Positions 1 through 9,654 of a stretch of DNA of 64,000 nt are shown here, piece after piece; position 1 is the first letter of the stretch; every line of letters starts with the position of its first letter. A program made the position numbers and the translations under genes. Origin of the DNA: Nemertoderma westbladi (Eukaryota; Animalia; Xenacoelomorpha); NCBI GenBank assembly GCA_032718475.1, contig JAUCBJ010003138.1:1-64000 (forward strand), given 5' to 3'. The notes under the pieces were generated by a model, which saw nothing but the letters and a program-made list of their open reading frames with translations, searched no databases and was not told where the DNA came from.

Positions 1-2
1 TG

Positions 3-3000
3 GTGAATGTTCCGGCACAGAAAGAGAACAAATTTTGTTTCTTCAAATGCGAAAAGTTCGGATTTTTCACAAGACATTGAATGTTGAAGGAAGCCATCTG
101 GAAATGTTTTGCGCCAAGCTTCCAATCGTTGATCCAAAGGCGCTGATTGAGATAAATTTACAGCAGAAGTTGATAAGTCATCAACAAATTGGTTATATGG
201 AGAATTAACCAGAAAAAAACGTTCGATTGCAGTCTTAGCATTTGGTCTCCATTTCATTGCTGTAACTATGGTGAACTTCGGACCTGGACTGAGAACTATT
301 ATGCGTATTACACCAAGCATGAAAAGTGTTTGCCGTTTTGTAATTTCAACAATATGCGCTGAATCTGTACAATGTTCACTACGAAAATAAGGTCTATATA
401 ATCCGTGTATCATGGCATCACCATAATCATCTGCCTTTGATAAATCCGTATCTTTAAATAAAGTAATTACTTCTTTTGATACAGTTATCTCTTGACTATA
501 TTGTAATGTTCGTCCCGTTAATAATGACCGTGCAAGAACTGCTGTTTGCTTCTTTCTTTGTATTCTGTCTTGCCTTCTTGCTGCTTCCTGTTCATCAACA
601 CCTTCAAAAGTATCATGATATGTCGGTCGTCGCACATATAAGGAAATTCCCAAATACTGGATAATTTTCGGTAAATAAACTAATGGACCTCTGGTAGCGT
701 GTAGTAAAAATCCAGAACTATGGAATACTCTCAATGAGGAATCTTTAAGACTGAATGGTGATACATTATCCAAATAGGTTCGCAAACCATCAACTAACCG
801 CTTAGTCATCCAACGCAAACTTGCATGGTCGGGAAACTGCTCTACTGCTATTGAGAGTTCATTGCATATTGGCAAGAATGGATTATCTGTGGACTTGTTG
901 TCAAGAAGTATTCCAGAAAGTGAAGGATGAGATTGTAATAACACCTCAATCAGTGTAGACTCTGAAGTAAATTTATCAACATGTTCTGAAAGCTTACATT
1001 TTACACAGTAGACCAACATTGGAGCCTTTCGTTGTTCACAATGCCATACAGCTATTGCCATATTTACGACACCAGGATCAATACCAATGGAACGGATTGT
1101 GTAGGAACTACTACCAGGACTAATTGCGTTAGTAGACCTAACATAAATTCCAAACCTTTCAATAATATTATCAATTCCAAACGTTACAATGAACTTATCA
1201 CTATTAACTGATAAAACAGATTCCTCAGCACGACGTTTAATGTCCATTTTAGAATTACTCAACTTCAAAAATGTCTCCAGAGAGAATGGCTCCGCAAAGA
1301 GGTTACGGCAGCTATCGGCACGAGTAAATGCTACCTGAACAAGTTGGCTCAACAGTGATATGTTTGTTTGTACTAATTTATCTGCATTTAGATTAACATA
1401 AACTGGTTTCTCACGGTATTCTTTTCCTTGGCATTTGTGTACTGTGATTGCGTGAAGTGGCACAAAGGGGAACTGCGTTCGACTTATTCTTTCTGCAAAT
1501 CGCCGTCTCTTTTTACCTGTGAGTCTTGCAGATATTGGGAATATTCGGACAAATGTAGGATTTAAAGGAAACTCGCAATCAGATATACCCTCCTCATTGA
1601 AATCTGGAATGTCAACAATGACATGGTCTGGTTGGGGATGTTCACCATTCAACACAGCAGCAGCATCACTTTCATTAAAAACGATGTGTATCACAGTTCC
1701 TTGGGTACCATTGGCTATGCGCCTTTGGACACTGACATTATCAACAAATATAATTTTCAGGCCAACATATAATGGAATACAGTCCTCCAACATTACATCA
1801 AATTCTGATGGGCTCAATCTATTTAGATTGGTGAAAGTTGCATTATATATCGACTTGGAAATGAATAATGTTTGATCAAGTGAACAAATCTGATCAACTG
1901 ATAATTTGGCATTATTAAGCATTCTCGTAACATTGTCATACATTATACAAACTGGAAGCTCCCCCAGCGTCGCCATGCTTGGTGTGTTACCAAGTTCATT
2001 TATTGAATGAAAAACCGTCCTGTAGTCTATTTCATCTTGCTCCCCATTCCTAATACGACTGGTTAGTTTAGCTAGCTCATCATCAGACCTGTAAACTTTC
2101 CTTAAGCAGATAACATTCGGACGCATATGAGAGGCATATAATTGATGACCATATAACGAATGAGCTTTACCTTGACGATTTCTAAGCCGAATTCTAGCAC
2201 CAGGGGAAACAACTTCAGATTGCGAGGGTGCATTCCACAGTTGGCGTGATGAAACAGGTGGGAGTTGTCCCATATCTCCTACCAGTAGAAGCTTTTTGCC
2301 GCCCCACAGAATGTCTGGATTACCACTGGCATGGCGTAATGATGAGTCCAACAACGCTAATGTTCCTGGTTGGCACATAGAAATTTCATCTACTATGACA
2401 AAATCAACACTTTGAACATATTTCACAATGAGAGTTTGACGTGAAGTTACCTTGTCGGTATTCTGATCCCATTGAGTCTTGTTGTTATACAAGCCAAAAA
2501 AACCTTCAAGTGTTGCGCAATACAAATTTGCAGCAGCAGCTCCACTGATACCTAATAACAAGACCTTTTCACCAAGATGATAATAAATTCTCTTTATTAC
2601 TTCGGTTTTACCAGAACCACCAGGTCCATGTAAAAATATTGTCTGAGGTGTAGGCTTGTTATTGATAGTGTCATTAATCATCAAATTGACAACAAGTTGT
2701 TGAGTATCATCCAATTTAGGCAAATCATTGAAATTTATGGGAATCTTAGGTCCACCTTTAAATGTCTTTGATGATTTACAAAGCAATTTCCACTTTTGTT
2801 GAATTTGGGAATACAAGGGGGATTGCAAATTAATTGTTAAAAACGAATCTGCATTTCTGTCATCTAGTTCTTCTATGGCAGAACTCAAAATTCGATATGG
2901 ATCCATATATGCATCAAAATCAAATGCATCACTAAGTATACAATCAATAGAAAGTGATTCTACATTTAAATCAATCAAAGGTTCGTCTACAATATCAATA

Positions 3001-6000
3001 GTTTCTCCAGTTCCATCTGGCTCTTCTATGGGAATACAATTTAACTCGGATCTTATTTTGTACATTGCCTTTTTATGATCCATTTCACACCCATATGTAT
3101 TTTGAAAGACACGAAATCGAAAACAAGGGTCATCAAATGTTCCATTTATACTCCTGTGGTGAAGTAATTCCATCCATTTATTATGAAATGCCTTATAAAT
3201 TAGAATTATATCTTTCTCACCATTGGATATTTGTTGTTGCAAATTCTCTGATATAAAGTAATCACTAACATTACCAGAAAATGGGATAAATGCGATACAT
3301 TCTAATCTGACATTTTGTAGCAAATTTTTAAAATGGTTATCAATGGTGTTCCACGTGAGACTATCGTCAAATAAAAGGGATTCAGGACGTCCGGTGATTA
3401 AATGTGGAATGAAATGTGGGATTCTGGTATCTTTAATTCCTTTATACGTAAATTTAGATTGCTCAGTGTGAGGCTTGAAATCCACCAGCGACAGAAATTC
3501 GAAATACGTAATTTTATCAGAAGGGATGAGACCACCTGGCCAATCATCTGAACACCGTTTGACATATGCTGTCACTGACGATTTCGGAGGCAATATAAAC
3601 AATTTTTTTACCTGAAAGTTTGTAATTTCATTCGTATCAGCTTGTTCAACATTCACTATAGGTTCATCTTCTTCATTAGTTGCTACATCTTCAGATGGAT
3701 TGTTCACTGATGGAGTTATTTGGCATAAAATAGGTGCACCACTAGAACACTTTAATGGGACAATACGTGGCATGCATTTAATGACATCACTCAAGCCAAG
3801 GGCATGAAACATCAACTCCCGTCTCGACATATCTTTCGGATTGAAAACATGGGCAATAGTTAGTCTCTTAACCACACTTTGGATAGAAATATCTGGTTCG
3901 CTTTCTACAACCTCCATTAATTTTACTACAGCATCATCAACACAAGAAAGCATACTTGTGCATTTGGAGACATATTTGAGGGTATAACGTAGCAATGCAA
4001 ATGGACAACTTATAACAGTGAGATCACTATTTGCACGCCAATACAGCTGTAGAATTCTATTAACATTATTAAGGCGAGTAAATGATTTGTGTCGACGTTT
4101 TGTCAACACATGACATTCTGTAAATAACATTGACTCTGTTGTCTTTGCAAATCCAACTCTTGTAATATCTCTTCTAGGCTTAATACCGCCATGTCGACAA
4201 CCATCCCCTTTTACATTTCCACCACATGTCTCAGGATAGCAATTATGCATTTGCACTATTGCGGCAAGCAATGCACTCTCCTTGTTTTCTGAATTGCAGT
4301 GTTCTAAAGTATTAACTGTATCTCTCATCAGGGGATGATTTTGAGGAGTATACTTTGTGTCATCAGGAAGTTCATTCCAATCTTTCAGCAGTTTATATAA
4401 ATCGATCAAATCTCCATTATCATCACAAAAATCAGTTTGAATCAGGCTATCATACACTTCCGTCATGTATCTTTCAGCAAGATAACCAGTATTAACAATA
4501 TGTATTGCCTCACTCCTAAATTCTTCAGTCATTCTTCCTTGCAACCAATATTTTCTTACAGTTCGCATTCTATGAATTAAATGAGCCAGTAGAATTAATT
4601 CGAATATGTGAGGTAACCTAGCAAGAAAGTGCCAATGCTGTACAGCACGTGTTGGACCCCATTCTACTCTTCCCCAATGCCAACTGTCTCTTGAATTGAT
4701 GCTGCAAACTTTTCTGAAGAATGCATTGGTCATAATCTCCATTTTTAAACGGAGGTATTGCTCTATAATTGCTGCGTGTTTATCAAGCAATTTATCCCAA
4801 ACCTTTCGATTTATTTCAAACCAAGAGTGTTGAAATACAGCATCCAAGCCATATTCTGATAAAAATACCAGCCGCCTCACACCATAATCTGTTCGCAGAT
4901 TATTATTGAATGTGATAAACACATTTGGAAACCCTGAGTTGGTACAAACAGAATATAACTCTTGCCTCATATGTTTCCACCGTTGGGCGGAATGGGGATA
5001 TCGTCTTAGATGGGCAATAAGCATCGGTGCAACGGTTTCAGGATTGCCCATTTTAAATTTATCTAATAGTGTTTTGACATTAACTTCATCAAGTTCATTT
5101 TGTGTGTTGAGATAAAACTGTATACTGTCCAAGGAATATGCTAAATGCATTTGGTCATAAGCAACAAAAGCATAAACAGGATCTTCAGCATATGGCCATC
5201 TTAGCTTACCATCATTGCCAAATACTGCATATCGCAACTGGTGAGCTAGTGCTTGCTTGTGAACATTGATTCCAGCAAATTTCACATGTCCATCATCATC
5301 TTCCCTATACATAATAGATGTTAATGAATGCTGGCCATCAGAATGTAAATCTGGAAATTGCTCCTCCAGTTTCCAATGAAAAGATGACAACTTTCCGTCC
5401 CACATATTCCTGAGATTTATCTTAATCGGGGAACCTACCAACTCACTCTCCATAGCCTGTCGGACACTCGTCTGCAAATAACCACCTAAACTTTCATTAA
5501 GTCGATACATGCTATGCTGTGAAGCGTCTGACTGGGCATACATATCATCTTGGACTGCTCTAACTGCTGCTGGGGCAACATCAATAGTATTCACGATGTC
5601 ATCTGTACACTGAACACTCAGTGTTTCTAATAAATCATGATTAATGGTGAATATATCTTTGTATCCTTCTCTATTGTTCAAGAGATGAGTTGTCCAGGAT
5701 TTGACAACATCTGACCGCACTGGAAGTTTCCGAAAACTCGAGCCATCCATCCTTTCAGACATTATTAAAACATCACATGAATGTTCGAGATGAGGTAAAA
5801 CATGATTCAGTGTATTTCGAATTTTATGGCCAACAACTAAACAATGGCTTCCAAATACTTGTCTACGGTTATAATTAAACATTATACTTGTAAATGCCTG
5901 TTGTTTTGCTATAAGGCAACGTTCAGCTGGTGTGCAAAGTGGAAGCTTCCCGACATTGGCTTGAAATGTTGCTGCTGGTTCAGTTGTACTTAGAGCAATA

Positions 6001-7856
6001 TCCCTCACACTAGAAGTCTTCTTACTGCGTGCTCTCCTAGAATTAGCTTGGCACCGTTTACATTCTTTAAATTTAGATGAGTCATAATTTAACTCTAGAT
6101 ATATTTCACAACAAGTTGTACAATGTTTTAATTTCCAACCAGTAGACCAGTCCTCAACAGCCTTTCTCATAACGTATTGTACATATCGTGAATCTTGGGA
6201 CCTTATTTTATCAACTTCCTTTTGCTCAGCATCATTCAAAAATTTAGTATGATCTCTGGGCCGCTGATCCCAAGGCCATAATGGAATTTGCATTTGGTTT
6301 GATTGTTGCTGTGCCTCAGGAAGAATAACATCCTCAAAAACGCCACATTCATTTTCATTCGGATCCACATTCTGAAGTTGAATATTTATTATTTCATCGT
6401 CTCGAGGTATTCCCCAATTGTTTAGAGAATTCTTTAATTTATTAACTTCACCCTCCAGTTTGCAGAAAAATTGGCACTTTTCTGAAAATTTCATTCTATC
6501 AGTCCAGGACGCAGGAGAAGGAATTAAGGAGGAACCAGCTATATTTTTCTTCTTCACTTTATTGGATACACTACAATCAGATATAGAAGCGGACGCACTG
6601 GAGATGCCATCCTTTTGACATTGCACCAATGGAGATGCGTTCGGTTGTCTGAAACGTACACGTGCATAGTAAGCTTTAATTCGTTCAGCTGATCTCACCA
6701 CAGGATCTAACCGCTTCTTACGCATAGATTCCCGGTTGGCTAAACGAACAGCAGGATCTAATCGTTTCGTACGTTTTGATAATCGTTCAGCCGATCTAAC
6801 TTCAGGATCTAACCGCTTTGTACGTTTTGATAATCGTTCAGCCGATCTAACTTCAGGATCTAACCGTTTTGTACGTTTTGATAATCGTTCAGCCGATCTA
6901 ACTTCAGGATCTAACCGTTTTGTACGTTTTGATAATCGTTCAGCCGATCTAACTTCAGGATCTAACCGTTTTGTATGTTTTGATAATCGTTCAGCCGATC
7001 TAACTTCAGGATCTAACCGTTTCGTATGTTTTGATAATCGTTCAGCCAATCTAACTTCAGGATCCAACCGTTGCGTACGTTTTGATAATCGTTCAGAAGA
7101 TCTAACTTCAGGATCTAACCGTTTCTTCCGCATAGATTCCCGGTTGGCTAAACGAACAGCAGGATCTAATCGTTTCGTACGTTTTGATAATCGTTCAGCC
7201 AATCTAACTTCAGGATCCAACCGTTGCGTACGTTTTGATAATCGTTCAGAAGATCTAACTTCAGGATCTAACCGTTTCGTATGTTTTGATAATCGTTCAG
7301 CCAATCTAACTTCAGGATCCAACCGTTGCGTACGTTTTGATAATCGTTCAGAAGATCTAACTTCAGGATCTAACCGCTTTGTACGTTTTGATAATCGTTC
7401 AGCCGATCTAACTTCAGGATCTAACCGTTTTGTATGTTTTGATAATCGTTCAGCCGATCTAACTTCAGGATCTAACCGTTGCGTACGTTTTGATAATCGT
7501 TCAGAAGATCTAACTTCAGGATCTAACCGTTTCTTCCGCATAGATTCCCGGTTGGCTAAACGAACAGCAGGATCTAATCGTTTCGTACGTTTTGATAATC
7601 GTTCAGCCGATCTAACTTCAGGATCTAACCGCTTTGTACGTTTTGATAATCGTTCAGCCGATCTAACTTCAGGATCTAACCGTTTCGTACTTTTTGATAA
7701 ACGCTCAGTAGATTTCACAGCAGGATCGAATCGCCTTTTTTGCATTTTCTCCCGAGCTTCAATACGTAAGGAATGAATTTTGCATAACTTGGAGCGCACT
7801 TGATGGGTTTTAAGTCCACGTCCCGAATTAAACGGCCGTTGGCAAGTATCACACAT
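3..7856 (-). CDS. Helitron2/Helentron-like Rep-helicase polyprotein (C2HC finger, 17-aa repeats, HUH-Y2 Rep, PIF1 helicase, C-terminal RuvC-like resolvase domain); at least 2618 aa, 3' end outside the window
   Basis: Hand translation puts all motifs in one frame: MCDTCQRPFNSGRGLKTHQVRSKLC (ATG 7856), Rep GFPNVFITFN (~4905-4934), RVEWGPTRAVQHWHFL (HUH 4629-4637), WRANSD..RYTLKYVSK (~3963-4040), Walker A IFLHGPGGSGKT (~2604-2639), VIVDEISM, WGGKKLLLVGDMGQLPPV, RTQFPFVPLHAITVHKCQG, QVAFTR, then GIDPG (D 1077-1079), VEQ (E 840-842), KADDYGDA (414-437). No stops in the segments I translated (3-~1490 fully). The track lists no terminated minus-strand ORF here. A possible splice acceptor lies at 7861-7862, so an upstream exon may exist. 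Confidence 0.93.
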   Translation of the reverse strand, partial: MCDTCQRPFNSGRGLKTHQVRSKLCKIHSLRIEAREKMQKRRFDPAVKSTERLSKSTKRLDPEVRSAERLSKRTKRLDPEVRSAERLSKRTKRLDPAVRLANRESMRKKRLDPEVRSSERLSKRTQRLDPEVRSAERLSKHTKRLDPEVRSAERLSKRTKRLDPEVRSSERLSKRTQRLDPEVRLAERLSKHTKRLDPEVRSSERLSKRTQRLDPEVRLAERLSKRTKRLDPAVRLANRESMRKKRLDPEVRSSERLSKRTQRLDPEVRLAERLSKHTKRLDPEVRSAERLSKHTKRLDPEVRSAERLSKRTKRLDPEVRSAERLSKRTKRLDPEVRSAERLSKRTKRLDPEVRSAERLSKRTKRLDPAVRLANRESMRKKRLDPVVRSAERIKAYYARVRFRQPNASPLVQCQKDGISSASASISDCSVSNKVKKKNIAGSSLIPSPASWTDRMKFSEKCQFFCKLEGEVNKLKNSLNNWGIPRDDEIINIQLQNVDPNENECGVFEDVILPEAQQQSNQMQIPLWPWDQRPRDHTKFLNDAEQKEVDKIRSQDSRYVQYVMRKAVEDWSTGWKLKHCTTCCEIYLELNYDSSKFKECKRCQANSRRARSKKTSSVRDIALSTTEPAATFQANVGKLPLCTPAERCLIAKQQAFTSIMFNYNRRQVFGSHCLVVGHKIRNTLNHVLPHLEHSCDVLIMSERMDGSSFRKLPVRSDVVKSWTTHLLNNREGYKDIFTINHDLLETLSVQCTDDIVNTIDVAPAAVRAVQDDMYAQSDASQHSMYRLNESLGGYLQTSVRQAMESELVGSPIKINLRNMWDGKLSSFHWKLEEQFPDLHSDGQHSLTSIMYREDDDGHVKFAGINVHKQALAHQLRYAVFGNDGKLRWPYAEDPVYAFVAYDQMHLAYSLDSIQFYLNTQNELDEVNVKTLLDKFKMGNPETVAPMLIAHLRRYPHSAQRWKHMRQELYSVCTNSGFPNVFITFNNNLRTDYGVRRLVFLSEYGLDAVFQHSWFEINRKVWDKLLDKHAAIIEQYLRLKMEIMTNAFFRKVCSINSRDSWHWGRVEWGPTRAVQHWHFLARLPHIFELILLAHLIHRMRTVRKYWLQGRMTEEFRSEAIHIVNTGYLAERYMTEVYDSLIQTDFCDDNGDLIDLYKLLKDWNELPDDTKYTPQNHPLMRDTVNTLEHCNSENKESALLAAIVQMHNCYPETCGGNVKGDGCRHGGIKPRRDITRVGFAKTTESMLFTECHVLTKRRHKSFTRLNNVNRILQLYWRANSDLTVISCPFALLRYTLKYVSKCTSMLSCVDDAVVKLMEVVESEPDISIQSVVKRLTIAHVFNPKDMSRRELMFHALGLSDVIKCMPRIVPLKCSSGAPILCQITPSVNNPSEDVATNEEDEPIVNVEQADTNEITNFQVKKLFILPPKSSVTAYVKRCSDDWPGGLIPSDKITYFEFLSLVDFKPHTEQSKFTYKGIKDTRIPHFIPHLITGRPESLLFDDSLTWNTIDNHFKNLLQNVRLECIAFIPFSGNVSDYFISENLQQQISNGEKDIILIYKAFHNKWMELLHHRSINGTFDDPCFRFRVFQNTYGCEMDHKKAMYKIRSELNCIPIEEPDGTGETIDIVDEPLIDLNVESLSIDCILSDAFDFDAYMDPYRILSSAIEELDDRNADSFLTINLQSPLYSQIQQKWKLLCKSSKTFKGGPKIPINFNDLPKLDDTQQLVVNLMINDTINNKPTPQTIFLHGPGGSGKTEVIKRIYYHLGEKVLLLGISGAAAANLYCATLEGFFGLYNNKTQWDQNTDKVTSRQTLIVKYVQSVDFVIVDEISMCQPGTLALLDSSLRHASGNPDILWGGKKLLLVGDMGQLPPVSSRQLWNAPSQSEVVSPGARIRLRNRQGKAHSLYGHQLYASHMRPNVICLRKVYRSDDELAKLTSRIRNGEQDEIDYRTVFHSINELGNTPSMATLGELPVCIMYDNVTRMLNNAKLSVDQICSLDQTLFISKSIYNATFTNLNRLSPSEFDVMLEDCIPLYVGLKIIFVDNVSVQRRIANGTQGTVIHIVFNESDAAAVLNGEHPQPDHVIVDIPDFNEEGISDCEFPLNPTFVRIFPISARLTGKKRRRFAERISRTQFPFVPLHAITVHKCQGKEYREKPVYVNLNADKLVQTNISLLSQLVQVAFTRADSCRNLFAEPFSLETFLKLSNSKMDIKRRAEESVLSVNSDKFIVTFGIDNIIERFGIYVRSTNAISPGSSSYTIRSIGIDPGVVNMAIAVWHCEQRKAPMLVYCVKCKLSEHVDKFTSESTLIEVLLQSHPSLSGILLDNKSTDNPFLPICNELSIAVEQFPDHASLRWMTKRLVDGLRTYLDNVSPFSLKDSSLRVFHSSGFLLHATRGPLVYLPKIIQYLGISLYVRRPTYHDTFEGVDEQEAARRQDRIQRKKQTAVLARSLLTGRTLQYSQEITVSKEVITLFKDTDLSKADDYGDAMIHGLYRPYFRSEHCTDSAHIVEITKRQTLFMLGVIRIIVLSPGPKFTIVTAMKWRPNAKTAIERFFLVNSPYNQFVDDLSTSAVNLSQSAPLDQRLEAWRKTFPDGFLQHSMSCEKSELFAFEETKFVLFLCRNIH
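6700..7740 (-). repeat. Coding 51-bp tandem repeat (~20 units, RLDPEVRSAERLSKRTK) within the RepHel N-terminus, with a 408-bp higher-order period
   Basis: Unit GGATCTAACCGTTTTGTACGTTTTGATAATCGTTCAGCCGATCTAACTTCA; the variant unit containing CCCGGTTGGC recurs at 6731, 7139 and 7547 (8 x 51 bp apart). Confidence 0.95.
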
Positions 7857-9329
7857 AAATCTAAAACAAAATAAATATAAATAATAATAGTATATGAATA
7901 ATGAAGCAGTGATAGGTGACTGCAATTGAACTGTTACACCACGCCCTGGAATATAATGTCTTAATTAAATTCGATATAGATAGGACTTACTTCTTACTTA
8001 TAAAATAATTAATCGCGCATTATTTAGGCCTATTATATTTTAATACAATTTACTACACCCTTAAGATTTATTATAATTTATATATTTTATGCGATTTATG
8101 CTTAATATAGTATGTATTATATGAACCTTGATGGTTTGAATAAAATAAAATAATAATAATAATTCAGTAGTTTGGTCCCCCCACCCAAAATAAAAATATT
8201 TCTACAAATCGTAATGAGATTGCATGAAATTTAAAACAGAGATAGTTACATCTCCGAGCTCCGACCACTTACTGGGTGAGCCAGAATTTTTATTTTTGCT
8301 TTCATTCTTTAGCTACAAGTGTTTAAAAAAGTGTCTCCGTCGATATTGAACCACTTACACCGCAGTTATTCTTCAACTTCATAGTGAATAATGTGTAATA
8401 AAATCTGATGAATTTCATTGCAAAATAGCTATATTCGTTTTATAAAGTCGCATGCATTTGCTTCCGTTGCAGGCATTTTGTCTTTTTAAGAAATACAAAA
8501 TGTAATGCCTATATAATATTACTAGTACGAGGGTATTCATACATAAATAACATGATGTAGAATATGGTGTATTTTATTAAATATTTTAATTAATTGTCTG
8601 CAGCGGAAGCAAATGCATGAAATTTACGAATGCCCATCTCAGTTATTTCTCAACGAAATTCAAATCTTATTACGTATTTAGAATCACTGCACGGTACCAA
8701 CGAATCGCTATAAGATTGAAGAATAACTGCAGTCGACCTGTGGAATATCGACGGAAACTTAAAGGCAACAGCGTAACAGAGAGAGGAGCCTTCCGGTTCC
8801 GGTCGCCTCCACTGTTTGGTGTTTCACACGTTCACCGGTAACTTTTACTCTGAAAGTCAAGATCCTAACATAGATAAGGTAATCTCTATCGGTTAATTCG
8901 CCCTCGAGCGGTAGACAGGAGAACTTCAGATGGCTCTTGGTATTACGCTGGAACGAGTTAGGCAGAGACCTTTCTAACAAGCTATAGTAAGCGAGATTTC
9001 ATAGAGATGGGTTCGAGCCAAGGTGTACCTTGGTTCGAGCGTATAGCTGATTACAGACAGATAGTTAATTCATAGACTAGAAAGCCTTCTAGTGTACAAG
9101 CTTGTTCAACATTTCAATTTATTAATGAACAAAGGCAGATCTACTTGGCATGCTACTACAACATACGAATTATGCTGTAAGTTATCTGCCAAAATATCAG
9201 CTCCAAAGGATTAAACAATAAATTGGGAGAAGGTTTTTCTTTTCAAAAATTTCGCCTCTAAACGGCCAACTGGTGAATTTATGACCATTTTAAAATCCAT
9301 TTTACCCATTTTAAAATCATATTTTTGCA

Positions 9330-9547
9330 TGGGTCAGAATTGTCCCGGTCCCAATTATCCGGTTTCTTAATGGAACTGGACAATTGGGACCTAGGGCAAT
9401 TGGGCCCCGGACAATTGGGACCCGGACAATTAGGACCTGGACAATTCGGACCCATTGTTTAAAATAATATTTTTTGTACGAGTCCGAATTGTCCGGGTCA
9501 GAATTGTCCAGGTCCCAATTGTCCGGGGCCGAATTGTCCTATATCCA
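9330..9547. mobile_element. MITE-like remnant(s) with inverted arrays of ~15-bp subterminal repeats
   Basis: GGACAATTGGGACCC-type repeats at 9378-9452 face GGGTCCCAATTGTCC/GAATTGTCC-type repeats at 9480-9540; no clean TSD found. Confidence 0.55.
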
Positions 9548-9654
9548 AAATCCAACTGCAGAGTGGTCTGCCTCCTTCCAAATACGAAGCTTATGGTGTG
9601 GTGTAGAGCTCTTCCAAGTATTTAGCTGGAAAGGATTAAAAATAATAAAATCAT

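Larger units (their letters stand above)
1..9106 (-). mobile_element. Autonomous rolling-circle transposon (Helitron2/Helentron-like), left end beyond the window; right boundary tentative
   Basis: Contains the RepHel ORF. Two stem-loops (9011-9040 and ACTAGAAAGCCTTCTAGT ~9076-9093) followed by CTTGTT (9101-9106) resemble a Helentron/DINE-1-type terminus. Confidence 0.7.

Noticed and set aside
400-1100. Fanzor/TnpB-type RNA-guided nuclease associated with a Helitron
   Set aside because: GIDPG is shared, but there is no zinc finger between RuvC II and III and no RDxNAAxN-type motif; RKK and KxDDxxD fit A22/Ydc2-type resolvases better.
6736-7776. Plus-strand 346-aa repeat ORF, or a CRISPR-like array
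   Set aside because: It is the antisense shadow of the coding repeat; units are contiguous with no unique spacers.
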